36,287 bases of DNA from a virus. Its lineage: Duplodnaviria > Caudoviricetes. The notes under the pieces were generated by a model that worked only from the letters and a program-made list of their open reading frames with translations, had not been told where the DNA came from and did not search any database. Every line of letters begins with the position of its first letter. Position 1 is the first letter of the stretch. The stretch lies in the IMG/VR virus record IMGVR_UViG_3300022697_000102, positions 1 to 36,287 of that record. One strand, 5' to 3'. Shown one piece after another: positions 36,045 to 36,287 of the stretch. Both the position numbers and the translations under genes were made by a program.

Positions 36045-36242
36045 ATGACCCATTCATTGAAGATTGAAGAGCCGTATTTAGAAGCAAAATTAGACGGACA
36101 TAAATTGTTTGAAATAAGATTCAACGATAGGGGTTTCCAGAAAGGGGACACAGTAGAATACACTGAGTATTCCTCCTCTACTTTTGAGTACACCAAACAC
36201 TATTTTGAGATAACTTACGTCGTTGTCTTCTGCCGGTGGTAA
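36045..36242 (+). CDS. cassette gene, DUF3850/ASCH-like protein (C-terminus possibly truncated)
   Basis: MTH.LKI...Y......G.K.FEIR.NDRGFQKGD...ITYV. Confidence 0.8.
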   Translation: MTHSLKIEEPYLEAKLDGHKLFEIRFNDRGFQKGDTVEYTEYSSSTFEYTKHYFEITYVVVFCRW

Positions 36243-36287
36243 CAGACCTTCACGAATATTAACCTGTATCGAGGGCAAGATTAGCCG

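Larger units (their letters stand above)
30932..36287. mobile_element. integron-type gene-cassette array (attC cluster, no integrase in window), running to the window end
   Basis: Twelve related attC-like sites or half sites alternating with short ORFs. Confidence 0.9.

Noticed and set aside
1-36287. Integron integrase or other tyrosine/serine recombinase
   Set aside because: No ORF on either strand shows the size and catalytic motifs; none called
36237-36287. Another attC starting at TGGTAAC
   Set aside because: Following bases do not match the conserved arm, and the window ends before it can be judged
1-36287. tRNA or rRNA genes
   Set aside because: No cloverleaf with T-loop/D-loop consensus or rRNA-like tract seen by eye; tRNAscan-SE would confirm

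Overview
A tailed dsDNA phage or prophage segment (siphovirus-like), almost all on the + strand. 98-19715: lambda-type packaging and head genes (Nu1-like and gpA-like terminase, gpW-like, portal, S49 protease, decoration protein, major capsid), then neck, tail tube, a -1 frameshifted tail chaperone pair, tape measure and two large tail-tip proteins. 19731-21791: lysis-type and exported proteins (M23 peptidase, holin-like). 21788-26243: a second structural/fibre module. 26294-30835: early region with twin operator-bearing promoters and an ERF/SSB/Gp157 recombination operon. The standout is 30932-36287, an integron-type gene-cassette array inside the phage early region. It has nine full-length 83-86 bp attC-like sites, one split site and two half sites, with small ORFs between them and no integrase in the window. 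The extrahelical bases place the canonical attC top strand on the minus strand, so most cassette genes are inverted relative to attC and co-directional with phage transcription. All product names come from motif recognition and synteny, not database searches.
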